Notes under the pieces: generated by a model
The model's input: the letters and a program-made list of their open reading frames with translations, nothing else
The model's database searches: none
Told to the model about the DNA's origin: nothing
Shown here: positions 9,480-16,103 of the stretch, in pieces
Layout of the letters: each line of letters opens with the position of its first letter
How positions within the stretch are numbered: position 1 is the first letter of the stretch
Program-made: the position numbers and the translations under genes
Origin: an uncultured virus (IMG/VR IMGVR_UViG_3300037755_000799)
Lineage: Duplodnaviria; Heunggongvirae; Uroviricota; Caudoviricetes
Direction: 5' to 3' (one strand)
Length of the DNA stretch: 20,000 nucleotides
Virus record (IMG/VR): IMGVR_UViG_3300037755_000799

Positions 9480-10415
9480 GTGGCCACACCACCAGGCGCG
9501 GCGAGGTTCGCGCAGTTGTTCCGCGATGAGGGTCTGACCGTTGTCGAGGTCGGCGACTGGCGCCACCACAACCGTAACCATGTCGGTGCGTGGGGTCCGG
9601 TGCACGGCGTGATGATCCACCACACCGTCACCTCCGGCTCGGCTCGCACCGTGCAGATCTGCCGCGATGGATACGTGAAGCTCCCCGGACCTTTGTGCCA
9701 CGGCGTGATCACCAAGGACGGCCGCGTGCATCTGGTCGGCTACGGGCGCACCAACCACGCCGGCTCCGGTGACCCTGACGTCCTGGCCGCGGTCATCGCC
9801 GAGCGCGCACTGCCCGCGGACAACGAGGCGAACACCGACGGCAACGCCCGCTTCTACGGCTTCGAGTGCGAGAACCTCGGCGACGGCCGCGACCCGTGGC
9901 CGGAAGCCCAGTTGGAGGCCATCGAGAAGGTGTCCGCGGCGATCTGCCGGCATCACGACTGGGGCGCGGGCTCGGTGATCGGGCACTTGGAGTGGCAGCC
10001 GGGGAAGGTCGATCCGCGCGGTTTCTCCATGCAGACGATGCGCGGCCGTATCGCGGCACGTCTCGACGGCAACCAGCAGCAAGAGGAGGACGACATGCAG
10101 CTCGACGACGAGGTGAAGCTGAACCAGTGGATACTGGACCGCTGGCCGGATGATCTGGGGATTCAGGACGGCAGCATCCTGGTGCGCACCGCGCTCGGCT
10201 CCGGGTACGCGCACGCCCGTACAGCATCGACGCTCGCCCGGGTGGCCGCCTCCAACAGCGAGAAGATCCTCACCCAGTTGGCCGCGCAGGGTTCGGTTGC
10301 GCTGACGGACGCACAGCTGGCCGTACTCGCCGACAAGGTGGCCGCGCACCCGGTGCTGGCGGAGCAGATCGCGGAGCGGGTGGCTGCGAAGCTCGCGGAG
10401 AGGCTCGCCGAGTGA
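9480..10415 (+). CDS. Endolysin, N-acetylmuramoyl-L-alanine amidase (Amidase_2 type), 311 aa
   Basis: GVMIHHT, LPGPLCH, GRTNHAG, FYGFECEN and VIGHLEWQPGKVDP Zn-amidase motifs; first gene of the lysis cassette. Confidence 0.92.
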   Translation: MATPPGAARFAQLFRDEGLTVVEVGDWRHHNRNHVGAWGPVHGVMIHHTVTSGSARTVQICRDGYVKLPGPLCHGVITKDGRVHLVGYGRTNHAGSGDPDVLAAVIAERALPADNEANTDGNARFYGFECENLGDGRDPWPEAQLEAIEKVSAAICRHHDWGAGSVIGHLEWQPGKVDPRGFSMQTMRGRIAARLDGNQQQEEDDMQLDDEVKLNQWILDRWPDDLGIQDGSILVRTALGSGYAHARTASTLARVAASNSEKILTQLAAQGSVALTDAQLAVLADKVAAHPVLAEQIAERVAAKLAERLAE

Positions 10416-10981
10416 CCGCGATTGATTACGACTGCGAGTTCTCCACTACCGCCCCCGTGATCGACCTCGTGTCGATTGCTCTCGCGGCGGATGACGGCCG
10501 TGAGTACTACGCGATCGTCAAGGACTGCAACTTCGATGCGCTGCTCGACAGCGACTGGCTGATGGCCAACGTGGTACCCACGCTTCCCCTCGGGCTTGGC
10601 CATGACGGTGTGGGCCGCATCCTCGCCTGGGACCCCGATCTGCCGGACTTCGACAAGGTGAAGCCCCGCGAGCAGATCGCCCGGGAAGTGCAGAGCTTCG
10701 TTCTCGGCACCGACGCCGAGCAGATCCCGTACGTCGAACTCTGGGCCAACTACGGCGCATACGACCATGTCGCCCTGTGTCAGCTCTTCGGCTCGATGAT
10801 CGATCTGCCGGAGGGGTTCCCGATGTGGACCAACGACATTCAGCAGGAACGGGCCCGGCTCGGTCTCGCCTGGGACGAACTCCCGAAGCAGGAGAGCGGC
10901 GAGCACAACGCGCTGGCGGACGCCCGCCACAACCGAACCGTCCGGCGCTGGCTCGCCGAACAGGAAGCGAGAACGTCATGA
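10412..10981 (+). CDS. DEDDh 3'-5' exoribonuclease (Rv2179c / RNase AS-like), 189 aa
   Basis: YDCEF (ExoI), WANYGAYDHVALCQLFGSMIDLP (ExoII) and HNALADA (ExoIII with His) motifs; 4-bp overlaps with both neighbours. Confidence 0.85.
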   Translation: MTAIDYDCEFSTTAPVIDLVSIALAADDGREYYAIVKDCNFDALLDSDWLMANVVPTLPLGLGHDGVGRILAWDPDLPDFDKVKPREQIAREVQSFVLGTDAEQIPYVELWANYGAYDHVALCQLFGSMIDLPEGFPMWTNDIQQERARLGLAWDELPKQESGEHNALADARHNRTVRRWLAEQEARTS

Positions 10982-11319
10982 AGATCTTCGGCCGTGAGCC
11001 CGCGCTCATCATCGCCGCCATATCGGCCGGCCTGTCGCTGCTGGTCACCTTCAACTTCGGTCTGTCCGCTGAGCAGGCGGGCACGATCGTCGCCGTCATC
11101 TCCGGCGTGTTCGCCGCAGCCACAGCGACGATCACCCGACCGATCGCACCGTCCGCGTTCACCGGGCTCGTCGCCGCGGTCGTCGCACTCTTCGCCGCCT
11201 ACGGCTTCAGCGTCTCAGCGGAGACCGTCGGCGCCCTCAACGCCATCGTGCTCGCGGTCCTCGGACTGCTCACCCGCGGCCAGGTATCCCCGGCGGCCAC
11301 GCCCGTCAAAGGCGCCTGA
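10978..11319 (+). CDS. Holin, 113 aa
   Basis: ATG at 10978 overlaps the upstream TGA; MKIFGREPAL… with about four hydrophobic segments and C-terminal TRGQVSP, typical of actinophage holins. Confidence 0.8.
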   Translation: MKIFGREPALIIAAISAGLSLLVTFNFGLSAEQAGTIVAVISGVFAAATATITRPIAPSAFTGLVAAVVALFAAYGFSVSAETVGALNAIVLAVLGLLTRGQVSPAATPVKGA

Positions 11320-11356
11320 CCCTGCCCGATGAGCGCGGCGGGGAGGCGGTGGTGGC

Positions 11357-11623
11357 GTGGACGCGGCCATGGTCACCGCCCTAGCCGCTCTGGTGGCGGG
11401 GCCGGTGGCTGCGGCGGCAGCTATGTACGGCCAGCGCGGCGCGAACAGGGCGGCCCGGGAGGCTAGCGCAGTGACGGGATACGACAGCCTGACGCAGCGG
11501 CTGGTCGCGGAGCGGGACAAGGCGGAGTCCGATCAGGCGAAGGCGGAGGCGCGCGTCGAGGTCCTCGAACTGGAGGTCGCGCGTCTGCGACTGCTGGTGA
11601 CGCAGCTCGGGGGGCAGCCGTGA
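11357..11623 (+). CDS. Membrane-anchored coiled-coil protein of lysis cassette, 88 aa
   Basis: GGGAGG upstream; N-terminal hydrophobic helix followed by a heptad-like charged helix. Confidence 0.7.
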   Translation: MDAAMVTALAALVAGPVAAAAAMYGQRGANRAAREASAVTGYDSLTQRLVAERDKAESDQAKAEARVEVLELEVARLRLLVTQLGGQP

Positions 11624-12288
11624 CGCGGGCGGAGCGTGCCTTGTATCGCAGTCGGCACATGCTGTGGATCACGGCTGCGCTGCTGTTCCTCGGCGGGCTG
11701 GTGCTGCTGTCGCTGCTGTTGATCGGCCGGGAGGTGGATGCGCGTCAGCAGCTCGCGCATGAGGCCGGCTTGCGGGGGGAGGCGGTGTCGGTGTTGGCGG
11801 GTGATGTGCGGGCACTGCGGCAGCAGTTGGAAGCGGAGGGTGAGACGCCGGTGGCGCCGGACCCTAGCCGGGCGGTGGAGGGTTTACCGGATCGGGTGGA
11901 GGTTCCGGTGCCGATCCCGGGACCGCGGGGTGTACGGGGTCCGAGGGGGGAGCCTGGGAAGCCCGCGCCTACGATCACGCCGAGCCCGGGACCGTCCGGT
12001 CCGGCGGGGAAGGACGGCGCGGACTCCGCCGTCCCCGGCCCTGCCGGGCCTGCAGGTCCTCCTGGTGTGGACTCCACCGTCCCGGGTCCTCAGGGGGAGC
12101 GTGGGGAGAAGGGCGATACCGGGGAGCGTGGAGCGGCCGGGCCTTCGTGTCCGGAGGGGTATTCGCTGCAGGCGCCGTCGTACGACCCGGATGCGTTGGT
12201 GTGCCGTCGTGATGGTGCGCCGGATCCGGGTGAGCCGGGGGGTTCGCAGGCTGCGGCGTTGGATCCGCAGCGGCGTCAGTACGTGTAG
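11620..12288 (+). CDS. Membrane-anchored collagen-like (Gly-X-Y) protein, 222 aa
   Basis: GTGA overlap; N-terminal TM segment, coiled coil, [15 protein letters not shown] / [10 protein letters not shown] / [20 protein letters not shown] triplets, then a C-x17-C pair. Confidence 0.8.
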   Translation: MTRAERALYRSRHMLWITAALLFLGGLVLLSLLLIGREVDARQQLAHEAGLRGEAVSVLAGDVRALRQQLEAEGETPVAPDPSRAVEGLPDRVEVPVPIPGPRGVRGPRGEPGKPAPTITPSPGPSGPAGKDGADSAVPGPAGPAGPPGVDSTVPGPQGERGEKGDTGERGAAGPSCPEGYSLQAPSYDPDALVCRRDGAPDPGEPGGSQAAALDPQRRQYV

Positions 12289-12305
12289 GGGAGGAGGTGA
12301 GTCTT

Positions 12306-12356
12306 GTGTTGGATCTTCTTGTGCAGATCTGTGTGTCCCTGTCGCTGTGCCTCTGA
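12306..12356 (+). CDS. Small hydrophobic peptide MLDLLVQICVSLSLCL (16 aa)
   Basis: Very strong Shine-Dalgarno AGGAGGTGA (12292-12300) with GGAGG 8 nt before GTG 12306; TGA 12354-12356; lies just before the terminator. Confidence 0.5.
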   Translation: MLDLLVQICVSLSLCL

Positions 12357-12372
12357 CCGGCGCCACACGCGT

Positions 12373-12418
12373 GCCCTCGTCGTCGCTCTCGGAGCAGGCG
12401 GCGGGGGCCGTTCTTGTT
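12373..12418 (+). terminator. Probable intrinsic terminator of late/lysis operon
   Basis: GCCCTCGTCGTCGCTC-TCG-GAGCAGGCGGCGGGGGC stem-loop (G-U pairs, one bulge) followed by CGTTCTTGTT. Confidence 0.65.
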
Positions 12419-12435
12419 GCGCCTGAACCCGGAGC

Positions 12436-12494
12436 GTGTAGCGCGCTTGACATTCCGCCATCGATGCGGGAGTCTATGTGTAGCGCGCTACACA
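12436..12494 (+). promoter_or_regulatory. Promoter (TTGACA-17-GAGTCT) flanked by two palindromic operators
   Basis: TTGACA 12447-12452, GAGTCT 12470-12475; perfect 18-bp palindrome TGTGTAGCGCGCTACACA 12477-12494; imperfect copy GTGTAGCGCGCTTGACA 12436-12452 overlapping the -35. Confidence 0.75.
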
Positions 12495-12520
12495 AGGTGG
12501 CGTCAGGGAGGAGACCCACC

Positions 12521-13045
12521 ATGCAGGCCACCATCGCCGACATCCGCCGGGGCGACCGCTTCACCCGACTGACCGGACGCGGCGGCACCTACATCGCCCT
12601 TCGCGCAGCCAAGGGCGCGCATGGGGCCCGTGGCCCGAAGAGCCGCGTCATCGTCGTTGACGACCAGAATGATCAGCGTGGCCCCGACGGAGTGATCGAC
12701 CTTGGCAACCAGGCCGACCGCAAGGCCCACATCATCGACCCCCCGTCGGACACGCCGGTCGAGATCCACGAGCGAGGCCTGAACCTCCACCACGAGTCCG
12801 ACGACCCGCTGCCCTTCACCGACACCCCCAACCCGCACCTCGCCAACAAGACCGACAGGGAGTCGGAGGCGGACAGGCTGCGGGAGCACATCCCCAACGT
12901 CGTTGGGCAGATCGCAAATCTGGGCAGTGAGCGCGACGTCCTCATCAAGCAGGCTCTCGCCGCAGGCGTCTCCGTCATCGAGCTTGCGGGGCTGACCGAC
13001 CTGAGCCGAGCCCGTATCTACCAGATCCGCGACGGCCGCCGCTGA
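12521..13045 (+). CDS. Two-domain protein: unknown N-terminal domain plus C-terminal HTH (Aca-like autoregulator candidate), 174 aa
   Basis: GGGAGGAG RBS before ATG 12521; C-terminus RDVLIKQALAAGVSVIELAGLTDLSRARIYQIRDGRR is a helix-turn-helix; own promoter and operators upstream. Confidence 0.8.
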   Translation: MQATIADIRRGDRFTRLTGRGGTYIALRAAKGAHGARGPKSRVIVVDDQNDQRGPDGVIDLGNQADRKAHIIDPPSDTPVEIHERGLNLHHESDDPLPFTDTPNPHLANKTDRESEADRLREHIPNVVGQIANLGSERDVLIKQALAAGVSVIELAGLTDLSRARIYQIRDGRR

Positions 13046-13094
13046 ACCGCTAACAGCGGCAACGCGCGGACGCTACGCTCCTCCGAGTCGGGTC

Positions 13095-13184
13095 GCGTTG
13101 TCCGCGCGAGCGGATGTGAACCATGGGCTGCCCCGTGGGGCTCGACGAGTTGAGGTAGCTCTCCGCGCGAGCGGAGGTAGACGG
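13095..13184 (+). CRISPR. Type I-E-like CRISPR mini-array: two 29-nt repeats and one 32-nt spacer, no cas genes in window
   Basis: R1 13095-13123 GCGTTGTCCGCGCGAGCGGATGTGAACCA; spacer 13124-13155 TGGGCTGCCCCGTGGGGCTCGACGAGTTGAGG; R2 13156-13184 TAGCTCTCCGCGCGAGCGGAGGTAGACGG. Identical 14-nt hairpin core TCCGC-GCGA-GCGGA at a 61-nt period, the type I-E geometry. Confidence 0.85.
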
Positions 13185-13215
13185 GCCCCTGGAGACGGGG
13201 GCCTTCGTCGTCTGC
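13184..13215 (+). terminator. Terminator-like hairpin closing the mini-array transcript
   Basis: GGCCCC-TGGAGACG-GGGGCC stem immediately after repeat 2, followed by TTCGTCGTCT. Confidence 0.55.
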
Positions 13216-13386
13216 TTCGGCAGGTGGCGGGGGCGTAGTCTCCTGGTAGGGGCGTCCCGTGCGTGACTGCGCAGCACGCGCCCTCAAGAGCAGGGGACTG
13301 GGGTCCTGGCGGTGGCCAGGCTTGAACGATCAGAGCTGTACTGCGCCCACCCCTTGTGGCTGTCCGACGGCGGGACCCGGACGGCG

Positions 13387-13566
13387 CTACGCCGCCTCCA
13401 CCACCTCGGCCCGTACCGCGGCCGCCCACTCCGCGATCAGCCGCTCATACACCGCCCGCTGACCGTCGTCGAGCCGTACCGACGGGTGCGGCCACAGCGC
13501 ACGGATCTCCTCGTTCACGACGGCAGCAGACCGCACGGAACCAGGGCGCTCGAACGTCGGGGGCAT
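13387..13566 (-). CDS. Small hypothetical protein, 59 aa (below ORF-track cutoff)
   Basis: MPPTFERPGSVRSAAVVNEEIRALWPHPSVRLDDGQRAVYERLIAEWAAAVRAEVVEAA*; good GC3 bias, helical; TAGACT -10-like hexamer 6 nt upstream of ATG. Confidence 0.7.
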   Translation of the reverse strand: MPPTFERPGSVRSAAVVNEEIRALWPHPSVRLDDGQRAVYERLIAEWAAAVRAEVVEAA

Positions 13567-13740
13567 GGTCTGAGTCTAACGATCGAGACAGCCCGTCACT
13601 CATCGGCCTCCTGCCGGAAACGCACCCCGCCCCACACGAGAAAGACCCCCACGGACCGCAATCCGTAAGGGCCTTACCCAAGTACCGCCGTCGGCCGAGG
13701 CGTACCGTTCCAAGTGTCGAAGCAAGGAACGGAGACCAGT

Positions 13741-14991
13741 ATGCCCCACCCCACCGACACAACAGGAGACCTCCCCGGCGGTCGCATCAAGGACTACCGG
13801 CTCGCACGAGGCCTCACCCAAGAACAACTCGCCGACCGCGCCGGCCTCAGCCTCGGCGTCGTGAAGAAACTGGAACGCGGCGGCAAGGGCCATCTGGACA
13901 CCTACCACGCGCTCGCCCGCGCCCTCCACGTCCGCACCTCCGCCCTGTTCGAGCCCGGCGCACCCCACGCCACCACCCGAGGCGACGCCGACAAAGTCGA
14001 CCTCATGCCGCTCCGGCAGGCCATCACCCCACCCATGACCGCGACCGGCCGCATCCTTCCAGTGGACACCATCGAACCCGAACCCGACCTCCGCAACCTC
14101 CGCACCACAGCCGACGCCCTCGCCGCCTCCTACTACAGCGACGACTACGGCCGCACCGCGCAATTCCTCCCCGCCCTCATCAACAGCGCCCGCCACGCCG
14201 TCACCTACTACGACCAAGGCCCCCAGCATGTTGAGGCCGTCACCCTGCGATCCGACGTCCTCCAACTCGTCGGCCGCTACCTCACCCAGGTCCGCGCCTA
14301 CGACCTCGCGCACACCGCCCTCCGAGACGCGCTCACAGACGCGACGACGGCCAGAGACGAAGCACGGGCGGCTGCCGCCGTGTACCTCCAAGGCTGGCTG
14401 CTGACCAGGCAGGGGCGCCTCGACGAAGCAGAGCGGCTCACCTTGACCACGGCGGACGAGGTGGAGCCCCGGATCTCTCGCGCCACCAAGACAGAACTGG
14501 GGGTGTGGGGGCGCCTGCTGATGCGGTCGTCGGCCGCCGCAGCCCGCAACAACCGTCCGCAGGAGGCACGCGAGATGCTCCGGCTCGCCAGCACGGCCGG
14601 CTCCGCTCTTGGCGGCGCGGTCGCTTCTTACTCGTACGGCTGGGGGAAGTTCGGCGGGTCTGCTGTCGCGCTGCAGGCAGTGGAGAACCTTCTTGTGGCT
14701 GAGCAGCCTCGCCGTGCGTTGGGGCTCTCGGTGCGGCTGCCGGTGACGGGTTCGGCCGCGACGGCGAACACGTGGAACCGGCACCTGTTGGACGTGGCGC
14801 AGGCGCATGTGATGCTGCGGCAGGCCGATGAGTCGACGGCTGTACTGGCCGGGCTGCATCGCCAGGCGCCGGAGTGGCTACGGCATCAGCGGATGGCGAA
14901 GGGCACGTTCGAGCGGTCGCTGCGTGCTTCGGGCCGACGCCGGCTGACGGGGCAGCAGCGCGAGTTGGCCGGGTTCTTCGGGGTGGCGTAA
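13741..14991 (+). CDS. XRE-family HTH regulator with long helical (TPR-like) C-terminal domain, 416 aa
   Basis: GGAGA RBS before ATG 13741; RIKDYRLARGLTQEQLADRAGLSLGVVKKLERG HTH; HLLDVAQAH and APEWLRHQR motifs of Streptomyces XRE-helical regulators. Confidence 0.88.
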   Translation: MPHPTDTTGDLPGGRIKDYRLARGLTQEQLADRAGLSLGVVKKLERGGKGHLDTYHALARALHVRTSALFEPGAPHATTRGDADKVDLMPLRQAITPPMTATGRILPVDTIEPEPDLRNLRTTADALAASYYSDDYGRTAQFLPALINSARHAVTYYDQGPQHVEAVTLRSDVLQLVGRYLTQVRAYDLAHTALRDALTDATTARDEARAAAAVYLQGWLLTRQGRLDEAERLTLTTADEVEPRISRATKTELGVWGRLLMRSSAAAARNNRPQEAREMLRLASTAGSALGGAVASYSYGWGKFGGSAVALQAVENLLVAEQPRRALGLSVRLPVTGSAATANTWNRHLLDVAQAHVMLRQADESTAVLAGLHRQAPEWLRHQRMAKGTFERSLRASGRRRLTGQQRELAGFFGVA

Positions 14992-14996
14992 GGGCT

Positions 14997-15047
14997 ATGT
15001 TCCGTAGCCGTTCGGTGGCGGCAGGTTAGCGAACGGCTACGGAACAT
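14997..15047. repeat. Perfect 18-bp inverted repeat (operator pair or terminator)
   Basis: ATGTTCCGTAGCCGTTCG (14997-15014), 15-nt spacer, CGAACGGCTACGGAACAT (15030-15047). Confidence 0.85.
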
Positions 15048-15127
15048 GACTGTTGAAGGGCGTCGTCGCTCCGTAGCTTCACGGGTGTGAGACAGGTCAC
15101 CGCACACCACGGCCCGGGGAGCGCAGC

Positions 15128-15343
15128 GTGAGCGCCACAGCCAGAAGCGTCCAGACCACGATGGACCCGCCGCCCCTCGTGGGCTTACCGCCGAGGTGGC
15201 CGGCCATCGCCGCCGACTGTGGGGTGTGTGCGGCCCTGGCCCGGCAGCGCGACGAGGCCGCGAAGGCTGGGGACATGTCGCGGGTCTCGGACTGCAACGT
15301 CGAGATACGCAACCACCAGCACGACACCCCGGAACCGTCGTGA
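15128..15343 (+). CDS. Small Cys/His protein (CxxC…C…H), 71 aa
   Basis: GGGGAG RBS; DCGVCAALARQR…SDCNVEIRNH putative metal ligands. Confidence 0.7.
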   Translation: MSATARSVQTTMDPPPLVGLPPRWPAIAADCGVCAALARQRDEAAKAGDMSRVSDCNVEIRNHQHDTPEPS

Positions 15344-15549
15344 GTAGCAGCGGGTGGCAGTGGCGTGACAGTGGCAGCAGTTCCGGCCGCATGCAACGCG
15401 TCGCGAGCAACGGCGCGTACAACCGGATGATGGCCGCGTACCGCGCCTACCTCGGCCATGCCACCGCATGCGTGGACTGCGGGCATGGTGAGACGCGGTG
15501 CGAGACGGCTACGGAGTTGTGGCGCGCCTATCAGGCTGCGCGGTCGTAG
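15340..15549 (+). CDS. Small His/Cys protein (HxxxCxxC…C), 69 aa
   Basis: GTGA overlap with upstream stop; YLGHATACVDCGHGETRCETATELWRAY. Confidence 0.7.
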   Translation: MSSSGWQWRDSGSSSGRMQRVASNGAYNRMMAAYRAYLGHATACVDCGHGETRCETATELWRAYQAARS

Positions 15550-15596
15550 ACCCCCGGGGCCCGGCCTCTGCTGATACGCCACCGGGCTGCGGGAAG

Positions 15597-15635
15597 GGGC
15601 GGCCGCCCTACGCCCCCGTAGTGGGGCGGCCGCCC
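15597..15635. terminator. GC-rich hairpin between convergent genes (bidirectional terminator candidate)
   Basis: GGGCGGCCGCCC (15597-15608) and GGGCGGCCGCCC (15624-15635), each self-complementary, with inner CTACG/CGTAG pairing. Confidence 0.55.
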
Positions 15636-15636
15636 G

Positions 15637-15870
15637 TCAACGCACGAGATCAGCGAGGGGGGCGTTGAGCGCGTCAGCGATGAGAAGCAGGTGGTCGATG
15701 CTCGTCGCATGGGTGGCCTGCTCAACTCGGTTGATGGTCTTGCGGTCGAGGCCGGCCGCTTCGCCGAGTCGCTCTTGTGTGAGCTTTTGGCGCTTGCGTT
15801 CGGCCCGGACGCTGTCCCCGATGGCTCGACGGCGTTGAAGTACCCAGTCGGGCAGGGGATCGGTCGGCAC
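15637..15870 (-). CDS. Small XRE-family HTH regulator, 77 aa
   Basis: IGDSVRAERKRQKLTQERLGEAAGLDRKTINRVEQA…LLLIADALNAPLADLV, a classic HTH_3 pattern. Confidence 0.88.
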   Translation of the reverse strand: MPTDPLPDWVLQRRRAIGDSVRAERKRQKLTQERLGEAAGLDRKTINRVEQATHATSIDHLLLIADALNAPLADLVR

Positions 15871-15876
15871 CCGTCA

Positions 15877-15921
15877 ACGCTGGTGGGACCACTGATCATT
15901 GTCTGTACCAGCGTTGGTACA
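15877..15921 (-). promoter_or_regulatory. Putative leaderless promoter of small XRE gene with adjacent palindromic operator
   Basis: Minus strand CAGACA-17-CAGCGT ending 6 nt before GTG 15870; palindrome TGTACCA-GCGT-TGGTACA at 15904-15921. Confidence 0.5.
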
Positions 15922-15964
15922 TTCCTGAGTACGGGTCGACGCGGGTCAGCAACCTCCCTGCGGA

Positions 15965-15980
15965 TAAAACGCCCGTTCGA
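15965..15980. promoter_or_regulatory. Possible actinobacterial LexA (SOS) box
   Basis: TAAAAC-GCCC-GTTCGA versus consensus TCGAAC-N4-GTTCGA (2 mismatches), intergenic. Confidence 0.35.
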
Positions 15981-16103
15981 GTGACATCCGTTGCTGATCG
16001 TTGCATAACGCAAGCTTCACCCCAACGATTGCTTGCACCCCCCACGTACCGGGCACGCAACCCCGCGCACCCGAGACGGACCCAGCCCTAGGCGGACCAC
16101 CGG

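Noticed and set aside
11920..12145. GGN-CCN repeats as a DNA repeat array or diversity element
   Set aside because: Explained by Gly-X-Y collagen coding; no reverse transcriptase or template/variable repeat pair seen.
11738..12520. N-terminal extension of the 435-aa ORF 11738-13045
   Set aside because: Overlaps the collagen-like gene out of frame and crosses a terminator and promoter; the RBS-supported start is ATG 12521.
13041..13059. Possible third CRISPR repeat (GCTGAACCG and CCGC-TAACA-GCGG hairpin)
   Set aside because: Offset from repeat 1 is 55 nt rather than 61, the loop differs and the elements are in the wrong order; more likely an unrelated small hairpin.
15721..15729. 9-nt match (CTCAACTCG) to the spacer reverse complement; similar 9-nt match near 11611
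   Set aside because: Matches this short are expected by chance in 20 kb of high-GC DNA.
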